Source: Azolla caroliniana (lineage: Eukaryota > Plantae > Polypodiophyta). Taken from it: a DNA stretch of 64,000 bases. Of the stretch, positions 46,213-60,365 are shown piece after piece. A model generated the notes under the pieces. That model had not been told where the DNA came from, did not search any database, and saw only the letters and a list, made by a program, of their open reading frames with translations. The stretch's first letter is position 1; the number at the start of each line of letters is the position of its first letter. Location of the stretch: positions 24,180,001-24,244,000 of the forward strand of contig JBHGNT010000004.1 in the NCBI GenBank assembly GCA_043228905.1. The letters run 5' to 3'. The translations under genes were made by a program, and so were the position numbers.

Positions 46213-49200
46213 TATCGAGGTATTCCTCGTGGATGCGTGGAATGAGGCGGGACCTCGGGGGTCTTGTACCGAAGAGCAATAGGGAAAGGAGAAGGGAAGG
46301 GACCCACTACGTGTGAGCGTAGATCCACAGGGACGCAGCCCTTCGACACGAAGACGCGAGCGGGGAAACCAACACAGAGAGGCACAAAGGTATGTAAGTA
46401 TATATTAACAGAGACAAACAACAAGAAGCACGAAGTCGGTTACAACCGAACAGGCCGGCGAACAGATGCCGATGCCTGTTCGCAAATGCTCAAAAGGAAA
46501 GGAGTAGGTTGGAGGTGCTGCCGGAAGCACTCGGGCATTCCTCAGAGCAGCGCGAGCCTCCCGAAACCTGCACAGAAAGAAGCTGCAGAGAGTATGGAAG
46601 AGAGAGAAGCCTTCGACCGACAACCCGACAGCACTTCGTCCCCTCTGATTCCGCGATCCCCTCCTCCTCCTCGTCTCCCCCCTTTTATAGGCAAGAAAGG
46701 AGCCGTTTCCCATTAACTTCCTTCCTACCGAATCTACCTACCTAGGATCTTCTATGTACCTAACTCTCTCTTATGTACAACATAAGGCGCACGTGCATGA
46801 AGAGCCGGTTCCTACGCTCCAGTGCACCGATTCCGCTTGTGGACGGTTTTCTTCACGACATCCGCCCCCACCTAACCGCGCATCCACCGGCATGCGCCAA
46901 ATTGAGTTGGGACGGAGAAAACCGGTCCAGCCTTCAATCCCCGCCCGTCGGTTCTTCCTCGGTTCCGGATTGTTCATCGTCCCGGTCCAGGTTAACCGGA
47001 ACCGGCTCATCGTCGTGACGCTTCTTGAACGCTTTGATCCGCTTCCCAGCTACCGGTATCGCCATTCTCGTGCCGTCGAGTTCCGCCAGATGGTACGTCC
47101 CGTTGTCGTTGGCGCTTTGTACCACGTAAGGCCCGAACCACCTTCTTGCGAACTTCCGTGTCGCTCGGTGCTGGTTGTCGAGGTTGTTGTCGTAGACTAG
47201 CACCCAGTCGCCTTCCTCGATCTTCTTCGGTCGGAGCCGGTGCGTTCGGTCGAACCGGGCTTTGTTCCTCATCCTTGCTTCCCGAAGCTTTCCCGCAGCC
47301 TGCTCCACGTCCTCCGACCTTCGCTCGAGCTGACGTATGCGCGCCGCCAATAGTTCCTCCCGGCTCATCTCGTCTCTCCAGTCCACGGTTGCCCATGAGA
47401 GGATCGTACGTTCCATCAGCATGATCGGCTTCTGCCCAAACATGAGCTCTGCCGGCATGAATCCGGTTACCGAACTGTGCATAGTTCGGTCAGCCCACAA
47501 CGCGTAAGGCAGCAGCCGCGGCCAGTTCCTGACTTGACCTCCGCATGCCCGAACTAACGCCTTGACGATCGGTCCGTGTCCGCGCTCCACCTTTCCATTC
47601 GCCTCCGGATTGTACGCAGTGGTAAGCGAGAGCTTGACTCCTAGCCAGTCGAACAGCTCCTCGGCCTCTTCGGCGTCCAACTCCCCGCGATCAGCCATGA
47701 TCTTCCCGACGCACCCGTACCGGCATATCACGTCCTTGATCAGGAATCGACATACGGCTGCGGTCGTTTTGTTCTGAAGGGCCCGGCATTCCACCTGGTT
47801 CGTCAGATCTTCCCGAGCCAGGACCAGATACCGCATCTGTCCTACTCCCATCGGCATCGTCACCAGGTCTACCATCCATTTGAAGTGGATGGTCGGAGGG
47901 TACGTAGGGTGAAGCCCGTCCCGATGTCGGACTATGGAGTGCATCTGACAGCTCTCGCAAGTTGTCACGAACCGATGCACGTCCCGGTACAGTCCCGGCT
48001 ACCAGTACTTCCCCTTTATCTTCTCGAACGTGGCCCACGTTCCTCGGTGTCCAGCCCAAGGGTTGTCGTGGTAGGCCGTCAGCAGCTCCTCCTGTTCTTC
48101 CTTCATCGCCACCACCCGGAGCGGGACGCCGTTCCTCTTCTTCGGGTGCTTCCATAAGTGTCTGTCCCGGAGAAAGAATCGGTATGCTTTCTTCCGGATC
48201 CAGTTGCCCTCGTCTCTCGTCCATGACGCATCCGGCGTCATTGTCCTCAAGAAACCACCGATCTGCAGCCACTCGCCGTCATACTTGCTCTCGTCGAAGC
48301 CGTTAAGTGCCGGAGTGCTTGTCCCATCGGTCGTCACATACGCCGCCTCGAAGAAGTCCACGCCGACTTCTTCGTCCTCCGAAACCATGCCGCCCTCGTC
48401 ATCAAACCTCGCCCTCGAAAGCATGTCGGCCATGGCATTGTCCTTTCCAGAAATGTGCCGTATTTCCGGGTCCAGGGACTTGATGTACGCTATCCACCTA
48501 AGCATCGCCAGGTCCGGTGTCGCGCATCCAGAAATCATGCCGAGAATTGGCAGGCAATCCGTCTCGATAATCACTTCTGTCCCGATCAGGTAGTCTTTGT
48601 CGGCCTTTACTGCCGAAATGATACCCTAGAGTTCGCGTTTAACCTGGGCGTACCCTCGTTGTCGCTCGCTGAGGACCTTTGCGCCGAATCGGATCGGGAA
48701 CCGAATGCCGTCCTCGTTTTCTTGGTTGGCGACCCATCCGATCCCGGTCGGACTCGTATCCACCGTTATGTATACCGGGGTACCCTTCTCGTAGACACCC
48801 TTCCAGAGCGCCGGTGCTGCCGCAAGAGCTTCCTTCAACTTCCGGACCGACTCCGTGTGCTCGTCCCGCCACTCGAATTTTCGCCCCTTCTTCAGCAACC
48901 CGTATAGCGGTTCCGCAACGTGGGCGTAATGCGGGATCCATATGTGGTAGAATGCGCATGCCCCCAGGAACCTCCGAACTTCCGTAACCGAGCTACAGTT
49001 GGTCTTCATCGCGGAGATGGCTTCTACCTTTGCCGGAGACGGCTTCCGGCCATATGGTCCACATAGGTGTCCAACCACTAGGATTTCTGATTGCCCGAAG
49101 GCCGATTTCTCCCCGGAGAAGGTGAGCCTCCCACCCTCTAGCCTTTGTAGCACCCTCTCGCAGTTGTCGATGTGTGTTGCCACGAATCGCCGGCATCCGT

Positions 49201-52200
49201 CCGGCCCGAGTGTCTCGTCCTTCTCTTCCACCGGGCACCCCTTTATCGGGATATCGTCTTGAAACGGCATGGTGATGTCTGGGATGCAATCCCTCAGTAC
49301 TTTGTTCATTGCATTCACCATGTGGGCCACTAAGTTGGTCCCTCCTTGTGGCAGGGTACACATTCGCACTAGGCCGAGGGGAGTTCACATCGTCGTAATG
49401 TCTCTGCTCTCCACGGCTAGCTAGAACTGGTCGTACCCCGAGTACAGATCTCCGACCGAGTAAATCGACCTTCCGGCGAAGGCCTCCGCGAACTCGTTTA
49501 CGGTCGGTCCGATTCCTACGTTCCGAATGGTCACTCTGTTGACCGGCTGCAGGTCTTGAATGAAGCGTAATGTTCCGTTTTTTTTTGGTACGGTAAACCA
49601 TCGGTTCGAGTATGGGACACTTGACGGTTCGAGAATGCCCATATCGACTTTCTGCCTCAATAGCTCCATCAACTTCGGGATGTGAGCTCTCGGTACTGGA
49701 ATCGGCTTGAGATTCCACGGTACATGCGGTACCGTGAATATCACCATCGGCTCCACGATTGTCGGGTCTACGCACCCGATCTCTTCCGGTGAGAATGCGA
49801 AGGCTTTCCCGTGCCTTCCGAGCATCCTCCGAAACCGGTCTTCCTCCGCCGACAGTAGGAACCCGCCCCCACCGATTTTGAGCTCCCGGAGCGTCCCGTC
49901 GGTGAAGGTGTGTCCTATGCAGACCGGATCTCGCAAACTGGGGTCCGACGCAACCCCTCTGATCCGGGACTCGCTGCCCTCCGGTAAGGGTGCCGCAACT
50001 GGCCTTACCTTCCGGTCCACAGTCTTGTACTTCGTGCTAACTCGGGCCGTCCAATCCGACCAGAGCCCCTGACTGAAGTTCGCGATGATTTCGTATATCT
50101 CTTCAGAACATATCGGTATCGTCCGGTCTTCGTTAAGGTCTTCTCCGGCTACCTTCCTCAGCATCCCCAAGGTGTCGTCGAAGGAGACCGCCTCCACGGC
50201 TCCGCTGGTTTCCTCGTCCGGGCCGAGAACTCCGCACACTTGAAGTCGCTCCTCCGCCCTTCCCTTTTCTCGGCCAACGATGCCGACTATCATACACCCT
50301 CCGTTGTTGGAGAGGCAAAAAATTTTACTTATCGTACAGGGTTTCTTCGGTTTCGGTTCTATCGTACAGCTGCGGGGTCTTTCCCGAGTGTCTGGACTGT
50401 CTCGGCCCCACACCTTGGCAGCCCTCTCTAAAAATCCTCTCGGTTCTCGCCACCGAGGGATTCGCGGTTTCGCTCGTGGTTCGGCCGCACCGTCAGAAAT
50501 TGGACCAAATGGCGCCCGTCCTGGCTTTTCACCCTCGCATAGGCCGAACCGTTGTCCAGCACCTTGGTCTCCATTTGCGCCGCCGTGATATACGGTTCCC
50601 CTAATATGACCGGGTGCGAGGACGTCTCCTGTACGAAGAAGTGCTGGTCAATCTCGACGTCGCCGATCTTGACTCACACGTTTGGGTAGGCCCCGTGCAG
50701 TTCCTCGGTGGCGCGCGTCGCCGCCCGTATCTTCCACCCGTGCTTGGTGTTGATCGGCCACTTTCCCTTCTTATAGAAGTCCATGGACATCAGGTTTATT
50801 TCCGAACCGTGGTCCACCAATGCCACCACCGGTTCCTGAACATCTCCGATCTTTATCGGGGTCTCTGTGGTCGCTCGGGCCCAGTGCGGCCTTGAATAGT
50901 GGCTCTCCGCCCACTCATCTTCCAGCGCCATGTCGTCGATGTGCGTCGTCCGCACCTCCACAGTTCTTTCCAGTTCCGTCTCCGTCGACAGCCTCTTCTA
51001 TTTCACCAGGTCCACAATGGAGTCGTGGAACTCCTTCTTGGCGATCCCTAGCACCTCCCGCAATGACAGCTCCACTTTGCTGTCGAGGATCCGTTCTTCT
51101 AGGACCTTTCGTAGGTCCATGGTCCTTTCTATTTCCGTCCCCAGTCGGTATCCGCCCTTCCTGGGGTTATCTTGCGTGCTGGACCCACCGGCATCGTTCC
51201 GTCGTTGCCCGAATCGGGTCTCGTATCGTTGTGAAGGCCCGGCCGCTCCGGCTTTCCCCACTTGTTTGTCTTCTACCAGAGCCTCGTAGTTCCGGCAGGC
51301 GGCTTCTACGAAGCCCGTCTTCTCCTCGACCGGGTCGCTCCACCCGGTTATTTCCCGGACCCGTCTCTCAGCGCGGTCCGCTTCATCTTTCCTCAGTCGC
51401 GCGCCGGTGAGGCCTTCCAGCATTGCCGACCAGAATCCGTCTTTGCTCCCCTTTCGGGCCTCGCTACCCCCGACCCGAATGCCGGCCGACGCCGAGTAGT
51501 GGATGGCCTCCACGTGTCGGGCCGCTGCCTTTTCCATCAGTCTCTTCATACCTCCTCGCCCGTCGTTCCGGTTTAGGGCCCTTCTGGTATCGCTGGCATG
51601 CACCCGGCCTTCCCACAGGTACTCCACCCGGTTCCTCAACGCCTCTGCGAAATCGCCGCAGTCCTTCCGAATGTGGCCGATCTTGTCGCACCACATGCAC
51701 CTGTTCCCTGCTGCCGGCCATCGGTCACGAGCCGGTTCGCCGCCTTCCCTTCGAGCCTGGGCGATCTGGAGATCCTTTATCGCCCACGTCAACTCCTCCA
51801 GCGCTGCTCCTCCGGACGAGCCATTGACCATGCCGGTCGAAGCCGAACCGGTTTCGAGCCACTCCCGGGTCTCTTCCCTTCGCCCTTGTGGTGCCGGTTC
51901 AAACCTCCTTGCTGTGACCGAGCCCGCACCAGCCGCCCCGTTATCAGCCCATTCTCGCCGTTTGTCGAAACGGCCACAAACTCTCTTAACCGCAGCCCAG
52001 TCGGTCGTCAGCCCGTCTTCGGTTTCCAGCAAGGAGCCGACTTGATCCCGGTCCCGCTCGTCCACCGACTTGATGAACAGTAGGACCCGGCTCGTATCCA
52101 GAACGGTTCGGTCAAGCGCCGAAAGGCGCGCAAAGCGTTCCTCAAACTCCCGGAGGAGTGCCGACGCGTTTCTTCCCTTGCCGGGGGACTCCACCCATTC

Positions 52201-53245
52201 CATGAAGTCCCGTTTCGAAAGCCGGAGCGCGTCGTCCAGCCCGTATTTCTCTAGGAGTCGGCCTTCGAACTCCTCCCAGGTACGGCTCTCCGCCCGTACG
52301 TCGAGCACCTCCGCGTGGATGCTCGGCATCGCCACTTGAGGGAACCCGGCAAGACGCCTCTCTTCCGGAATGTCCCGCATCAGCATTTCTGCCCCGTAGG
52401 ACGCCAAATACTTCGTGGCATCCTTTCCGCTGAACCGGCCGATCGTACCGACGACCACCTCAATGGCTCTGTCAAGGGCGTCGGTGCCCTCGCGTGCGCT
52501 CAATATCTGATCCACGGCCGAAGCCATGGCCTCCGCAAGATCCGACCCCTTCATCTTCTGCTCTTCTGCCGCCTCGTTCACGTCGGGTTCACCAAGATGT
52601 CGAGGTATTCCTCGCGGATACATGGAATGAGGCAGGACCTCGGGGGTCTTGTACCGAAGAGCAATAGGGAAAGGAGAAGGGAAGGGACCCACTACGTGCG
52701 AGCTTAGATCCACAGGGACACGGCCCTTCGACACGAAGACGCGAGCGGGGAAACCAACACAGAGAGGCACAAAGGTATGTAAGTATATATTAACAGAGAC
52801 AAACAACAAGAAGCACGAAGTCGGTTACAACCGAACAGGCCGGCGAACAGATGTCGATGCCTGTTCGCAAACGCTCAAAAGGAAAGGAGTAGGTTGGAGG
52901 TGCTGCCGGAAGCACTCGGGCATTCCTCAGAGCAGCGCGAGCCTCCCGAAACTTGCACAGAAAGAAGCTACGAAGAGTATGGAAGAGAGAGAAGCCTTCG
53001 ACCGACAACCCGACAGCACTTCGTCCCCTCTGATTCCGCGATCCCCTCCTCCTCCTCGTCTCCCCCCTTTTATAGGCAAGAAAGGAGTCGTTTCCCATTA
53101 AATTCCTTCCTACCGAATCTACCTACCTAGGATCTTCTATGTACCTAACTCTCTCTTATGTACAACATAAGGCGCACGTGCATGAAGAGCCGGTTCCTAC
53201 GCTCCGGTGCACCGATTCCGCTTGTGGACGGTTTTCTTCACGACA
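46213..53245 (-). mobile_element. Gypsy element K, full length: LTRs 46213-46860 and 52598-53245 (648 bp each), TSD ACGT
   Basis: acgt at 46209-46212 and 53246-53249; PBS 52578-52594; gag 52553-50428 and pol 50437-46934 carry several stops; roughly 15-20 LTR differences by eye. Confidence 0.95.
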
Positions 53246-56200
53246 ACGTGCATATAGAACAAGGCGGGACCACGGGGGACTTGGACCGAGGAATAACCGA
53301 TAAGTAGTAGGAGCAAGAAAGACAACGGCCGTGCCTCCACACACACGTGCACAGATACACTGAAACCACAACCAAATGAAACAACGGGAACGAGACGAAT
53401 GCGTATATGTATATATATATTCTGATGAAAAAGGGGTTACAACCGGCAAGCCGATGAGCGACGAATCTCCTACGCCTACGCACATGCACACAAAGGAGCA
53501 AGATGGAGACTCTGCCGGAAGCACTCGGGCATTCCACGGAGTAGAGTCAGCCTCTCGAAAACCTGCACCGAGCAAATACAAACAAAGACGGAGGAGAAGA
53601 GCTCGGTCCCAGTCCGACAGCACTTCGTCCTCGACTAAAGCAATCCCTTTTACGATTCCTCTTCCTCTCTTTTATAGCCCAAGGAGGGAGGTCGTTACAA
53701 CTTGTTACATCATCTTTATTCTCTATCCTTTCGGACAAAGATATGCCTCGACTTCCTACCTATCAAATCCATGCGACCTAGGATATTCACATCAGCCGAC
53801 TTGTACCTAAATATGTATATTACAACAAAACTTGTGCTTGCATGTAAGGGCCAGTTCGTGCACATCATTCTCCGATTCCGCCTAGGGACGGTTTTCTCCA
53901 CGACATCCACCCCCACCTAACCACGCATCCACCGGTATGCGCCAAAATGGACTCTTGCCGGAGAAGACCGGCATGCGCTTACCAGTTGTTCTCTGGATCG
54001 CCATTCGCTCCGAACCAATCGTCCTCGCTACCCAAGTCGTCTAGGTCCGGTTCATCCTCGTGCCGCTTTTTGAGCGCTTTGATCCTTCTTCGCCACAACC
54101 CGGAGCGGGATGTCATTTCTCTTCTTCGGGTGCTTCCATATCCACCCATCCCATAGGAAGAATCGGTACGCTTTCTTCCGAATCTGGTTGGTCTCTTCCT
54201 TCGTCCATGCCACGTCTGGTGTTATTGTCTTTAGGAACCCACTGATCTGGAGCCACTCCCCGTCGTACTTGCTCTCGTCGAACTCGTTGAGCGCCGGAGT
54301 GCTCCCCTTCCTTATTGTTACGTAAGCCGTCTTGAAGAAGTCCACGCCGACTTCTTCGTCCTCCGAAACCATGCCGTCCTCATCATTGAATCTCTCCCTC
54401 GAAAACATGTCGGCCATGGCGTTGTCTTTTCTGGAAATGTGTCGTATTTCCGGATTCAAGGACTTGATGTACGCTATCCACCTGAGCATGGCCAGGTTTG
54501 GGGTCGCGCATCCGAAAACCATATCGAGAATCGGCAGGTAGTTCGTCTCAATTATCACCTCCGTCCCGATCAGATAGTCTTTGTCGGCCTTGACCGCCAA
54601 AACGATACCCCAGAGTTCCCGTTTAACCTGGGCATACCCTCGTTGTTGTTCACTGAGGACTTTCACGCCGAACCGGATGGGGAATCTCGTGCCATTCTCA
54701 TCCTCCTGGTTGATCACCCATCCGATTTTGGTTGGACTCGTGTCTACGGTCACGTAAATCGGAATGTCTTTACCGTAAACCGCTTTCCGGAGTGCCGGCG
54801 CCGCAGCAAGTGCTTCTTTCATTTTCCGGACCGACTCCGTATGCTCCTCTCTCCACTCAAATTTACGCCCTTTCTTCAGCAATCCATAGAGCGGCTCCAC
54901 GATGTGGGCGTAATGCGGGATCCAAATATGGTAGAATGCGCACGCTACCAAGAATCTCCGGACTTCCGTGACCGAATTGCAGTCGCGCTTCATCGCGGAG
55001 ATGGCCTCTACCTTGGCCGGCGACGGTTTCCGACCGAATGGCCCGCATAGGTGTCCGACGACCATGATCTCTGATTGCCCGAAGGCCAATTTTTCCCCGG
55101 AGAAGGTGATTCTCGCGCCTTCTAGTCTTTGCAGCACCTTCTCGCAATCATCGACGTGGTCCGCCACGAATTTCTGGCAGCCGTCCGGTCCGATTGTCTC
55201 GTCCTTATCCTCCACCGGGCATCCTTTAATCGAGATGTCTTCTAAGAATGGCATGGTGATGTCCGGGATACAATCCCTTAGCACTTTGTTCATTGCGTTC
55301 ACCATGTGGGCTACCGAGTTCGTCCCTCCTTGCAGAAGGGTACACATCTGTACTAGGCCGAGAGGGGTCCGCAACGTCGTAATGTCCTTGCTCTCCATGG
55401 CTAGCTGGAACTTACTGTATCCCGAGTACAGATCACCGACCGAGTAAATTGACATTCCGGCGAAAGCCTCCGCGAACACGTCTATGGTCGGTCCTATTCC
55501 CGCATTCTGAATGATCACCTTGTTGACCAGTTGTAGGTCCTGAATGAAGCGCAGCGTGCCGTTCTTCTTGGGCACGGTAAACCACCAATTAGAATACGGG
55601 ACACTTGACGGTTCAAGCATGCCCATACCCACTTTTTGTTATAGCACCTCCATCAGCTTCAGGATGTGAGCTCTGGGTACTGGAATCAGTTTGAGATTCC
55701 ACGGTACATGCGGTACCGTGAAGATCACAATCGGTTCCACAATCGTCGGGTCTACGCACCCGATCTCCTCCGGCGAGAGTGTGAAGGCTTTTCCGTGCCT
55801 CCCGAGCATTCTCCGAAACCGGTCCTCCTTCGTCAGTAGTAGAAAGCCACCCCCACTGACCTTGAGCTCTCGTAGCGTTATGTCGGCGGAACGGTGTCCT
55901 ATGCCGGCCGGATCTCGTAAACTCGGGTCCGACGCGACCCCTTTCATCCGTAACTCGCTACCCTCCGGCAAGGGTGCCGCGACTGGCCTTGCCTTCTTGC
56001 CCACTCGGGCTGTCTGATCCGACTCGAGTCCTCTACCGAAGTCGATGATGACTTCGTACATCTTTTCCGAACATACCGGAATCGTCCGGTCTTCACTAAG
56101 GCCCTCTCCGAACACCTCCCGTAGCTTCCCCAAGGTGTCGTCGAAAGAGACTGCCTCCACAGCTCCATTGATATCCTCTCTGGGGCGAGGACTCTGCATG

Positions 56201-56754
56201 CCCTGAGTCACTCTTCTGCCTACTTCTTCTCCCGGCCAACGACGCCAGTTATTGTACAACCTCCGCTGTCGGAGAACCAAAACCTCCTACCTATGGTACA
56301 AGTTTTCTTCCCTATGGTACATCTGTGGGGTTTTCTCAGGGTGTCTGGACTACCACGGCCCCATGCCTTGATAGCCCTTTCTAAAAATCCCCTCGGCTTT
56401 CGCCGCTAAGGATCTCTTGGTTCCGTTCATGGTTTGGTCATACCGTCAAAAACTGGACAGAGTGACGCCCGTCCTGGCTCTTGACTCGCCCGTACGCCGA
56501 ACCGTTGTCTAGCACCTTCGTCTCCATTCGTGCCGCTGTGATGTACAGTTCCCCAAGTATCACCGGATGCGAGGATGTTTCCTACACAAAGAACTGTTGA
56601 TCGATCTCGACATCACCAATTTTCACTCGTACATTCAGGCAAGCTCCGTGTAGCTCCTCCGTGGCGCGCGTCGCCGCTCGTATTTTCCACCCGTGCTTGG
56701 TGTTGATCGGCCACTTGCCCTTCTTGTAAAAGTCCATGGACATCAGGTTGATTT

Positions 56755-59469
56755 GACGAAGGTGGCACGCGTTTCCCTATCCGGTTCGGTGCGAAGGTAC
56801 TGAGCGAGCGACAACGAGGATACGCCCAAGTCAAGCGTGAACTATGGGGTATCATTTCGGCGGTTAAGGTCGACAAAGATTATCTAATTGGGACAGAAGT
56901 GATTATAGAAACAGACTGCTTGCCGATTCTCGGTATGGTCTCCGGATGCGCAACACCCGACCTGGCCATGCTTAGGTGGATTGCGTACATTAAGTCCCTG
57001 AACCCAGAGATACGACACATCTCGGGTAAAGACAACACTAGAGCAAGGTTCGAGGACGAGGATGGCATGGTATCGGAGAACGAAGAAATCAGCGCGGACT
57101 TCTTCGAATCGGCAAGGATGAGGATAAAAGGGAGAAGCGCTCCGCCCCTGAACGAGTTCGATGAAGACGACTACGACAGGGAGTGGCTTCTAATCGGAAG
57201 GTTTCTAAAAACAATGACGGCGGACCCCGTGATGACTAGGAAGGAGGCGGGACAACTCCGAAAAAGGGCATACCGGTACTTCTTACGGAACGGGAAAATT
57301 TGGAGGATCCCAAAAAGGCGAAACGACGCGTCACTCCGGGTAATAGCGCGGGCGGATGATCAAAAGAAGCTAATATCAGAGTTCCATGAAAGCCCTTGGT
57401 CTGGACACTGGGGTACATGGGCCACATTCGAGAAGATAAAGGAGAAATATTGGTGGCCGGGTATGTATAAGAGTGTGCACGACTTCGTGTCCACGTGTGA
57501 AAGCTGCCAGATGCACTCGGTCATTCGACACCAGCTGGACACTGGGGTACATGGGCCACATTCGAGAAGATAAAGGAGAAATATTGGTGGCCGGGTATGT
57601 ATAAGAGTGTGCACGACTTCGTGTCCACGTGTGAAAGCTGCCAGATGCACTCGGTCATTCGACACCGCGACGAGCTGCACCCAACCTACCCCCCAGCCGT
57701 GCACTTCAAATGGATGGTAGACTTAGTAACCATGCCGATGGGAGAGGGTTAAAAGTGATACCTGGTGCTAGCCAGAGAAGATCTAACAAACCAGGTAGAG
57801 GGCCGAGCACTAACGAACAAGACCACCGCGGCAGTATGTAAGTTTCTGATAGAAGATGTCATGTGCCGATACGGGTGCGTCGGAAAAATCGTGGCTGACT
57901 GAGGAGAGCTAGACGTGGAAGAGGCCGAAGAACTGTTCAATCGGCTAGGCATAAAACTATCCCTCACAACGGCTTACAACCCGGGGGCAAATGGAAAGAT
58001 AGAGCGGGGCCATGGTCTGATCATAAAGGTCATTGTACGCACGTGCGAAGGGCGAGTCGGCGATTGGCCGAGGTTGCTCCCTTACGCACTATGGGCGGAC
58101 CGGACTACCCACAGTTCGGTGACAGGGTACATGCCGGTGGAACTAATGTTCGAATAGAAACCCATCATGCCAGTAGAGTGGACGATCGCCTCGTGGACGA
58201 CGATCGATTGGGCCAACAAAATGACCCGAGAAGATTTGCTTGCGGCCCGGATCCGGCAACTCAAGCGAAGGCCAGAAGACGTGGAGCGGGCCACGGCAAG
58301 GGTGAAAGAAGCGAGAATCCGGAGCAAGGCCCAGTTCGATCGGACACACCGGCTCCGGCCAAGGAAGATCGAGGAAGGCGATTGGGTGTTAGCCTACAAC
58401 AGCAGCCTCGACAACCAGCATAGGTCTACGCGTAAGTTCGCAAAGCGATGGTTTGGGCCATATGTGGTAATTGGCGTCAACAATAACGCGACTTATCACC
58501 TCGCAGAGCTCGACGGGACCCGAATGACGACTCTAGTGGCTGGGAAGCGGATAAAGGCCTTCAAAAGGCAAAGCAAGGCAAAACCGGACCTAGGAGCCGA
58601 AAGGACCAGTTCAGAGGGGAAGGGGAAGTACCAGATGGCCCAGAATCCCTCACTAAAATCGTTGCCCGACACATAACGGAGTATGTGCGGTTTAGTGGGG
58701 GTGGATGTCGTGAAGATTCCGGCCCATCGGTAGAAAGAATGTGAAATGCGCGGGAGGACTAGTGTGCACGAGTGCACACCCCTAGTGAATTAGATAGTGT
58801 AAGGACTAGGCATAGGAAAAAGGAGGTGTACTAGGTAGTTAAAGCATTAATAGGGATTCAGACATCGCGTAAGTAGGGAGAGTTACGAGGAGAGCGAATC
58901 AGGGGGAGGAGAATTTAGGGAGTTAAAGCGACAAGGCCATGAATGCTTTGTAACGGTCTCTCCTTGTGCTATAAAAGGGACGACCCTCGACTGTTTTTTG
59001 GGGATGTCAATTTTAGAGAGAGAGGAGAAAAGGAAACAGAGAGAAAAGAAGACGAGTCCTATGACGTGCCACCGGAAGGCGCTTCCCCCGCTCGCGTCAA
59101 ACACCCGAGTGCTCCCGACCAGGGGATCGACCTTCTGTGTGCCCACTCATCTCTATATCTAACTACTGTAGAGCCTACGCTCGAACACCGGCACTTATCC
59201 GGTTGTAATCACCCATAGCGCCACGTGCATATATTGATAAATAGAAGCTTATCTACCGAACGCAAGCGATTCTTAGCATATCTATCTGTGCCTGTGTCTA
59301 CGCACGTTCCTCTTACACTATCTCTCTTGTTTTGCTAATCTTTCTGTTTAAACCGCGGTCTCAGGGCTCACGTAAACCACAGACTCTACCTCCTCACTTC
59401 TCAATTCCTTGGTTCAAGACCCCCATGGTCCTGCCCAACTTCTACGCATCTGCGAGGATTTCCTCAACA
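56755..59469 (+). mobile_element. Gypsy element L 3' part: RNase H-integrase relic and 3' LTR 58706-59469
   Basis: FPIRFGAKVL..integrase..KRWFGPY; PPT gtgggggtgga; TG..CA termini. Confidence 0.88.
57401..57666. repeat. 132-bp tandem duplication in the L integrase (57401-57532 / 57535-57666)
   Basis: Matching copies separated by 'ag'. Confidence 0.92.
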
Positions 59470-60365
59470 ACGGGCTTGTTCACCGTCGTCTCTCCGTGCC
59501 TATGCAATCTGGAGGTCCCTCACCATCTGAGTCAGCTCCTCCAAAGCCGCTCCTCTGGACGGGCCTTTGACCATGCTGGTCGAAGTCGAGCCGGCCTCGA
59601 GCCAATCTTGGGTCTTCTCCCTTCGCGTTGGTGGGGGTACCTCGAGCTTCCTTGCCGCAACAGAGCCCGCCCTCGACGAGCCTTTATCGACCCACTCACG
59701 CCGTTTGTCAAAACAGCCGCAGACTCTCTTCACCACGGCCCAGTCGGCCGTTAGCCCGTCATCGGTCTCCAGCAGGAGGCCCACTTGCTCCCGGTCCCTC
59801 ACGTCCACTGATTTAACAAATAATAGGACACGACTTGTGTCTAGTATGGTTCGGTCCAGCGCCGAAAGACGCATGAAGAGTTCTTCAAACTCCGGAGGAG
59901 CACCGACGCGTTTCTCCCCTTTTCGGGGGTCTCCACCCATTCCATGAAGTCCCGCTTCGATAGCCGAATCGCGTCATCAAGCCCGTATTTCTCAAGAAGC
60001 CGACCTTCAAACTCTTCCCAGGTCCGCCTTTCAACCCGTACCTCGAGCACCTCCGCGTGGATGCCCGGCATCGCCACCCGAGGGAATACGGCCAGTCGCC
60101 TGTCTTCCGGAATGTCCCTCATCACCATTTCGGCTCGATAGGCCTCCAAGTAGCTCGTGGCGTCCTTCCCACCGAACCGGCCTATTGTGCCGACGATTAC
60201 TTCAATAGCCCTATCGAGGGCGCTTGTGTACGTTTCAGTACTTCTGTCAGTCTGTATGGACTTTTATAAAAGTGCTCATTGAGCACATGCTATGTACAAA
60301 TTGAGTATTATTTTGAATTGAATTCCTATGTGTTCTCTCTCTCTCTCTCTGTCTCTCTCGCGTAC

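Larger units (their letters stand above)
46193..60228 (-). mobile_element. Gypsy element J, degraded: 3' LTR 46193-46212 + 53250-53905, pol ~53980-56390 with integrase deleted, gag pieces 56381-56754 and probably 59470-60228
   Basis: The LTR halves join across TSD acgt. RT-RH ORF 54052-55632. GGATTTT at 56390-56384. Assigning 59470-60228 to J is inference. Confidence 0.78.
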
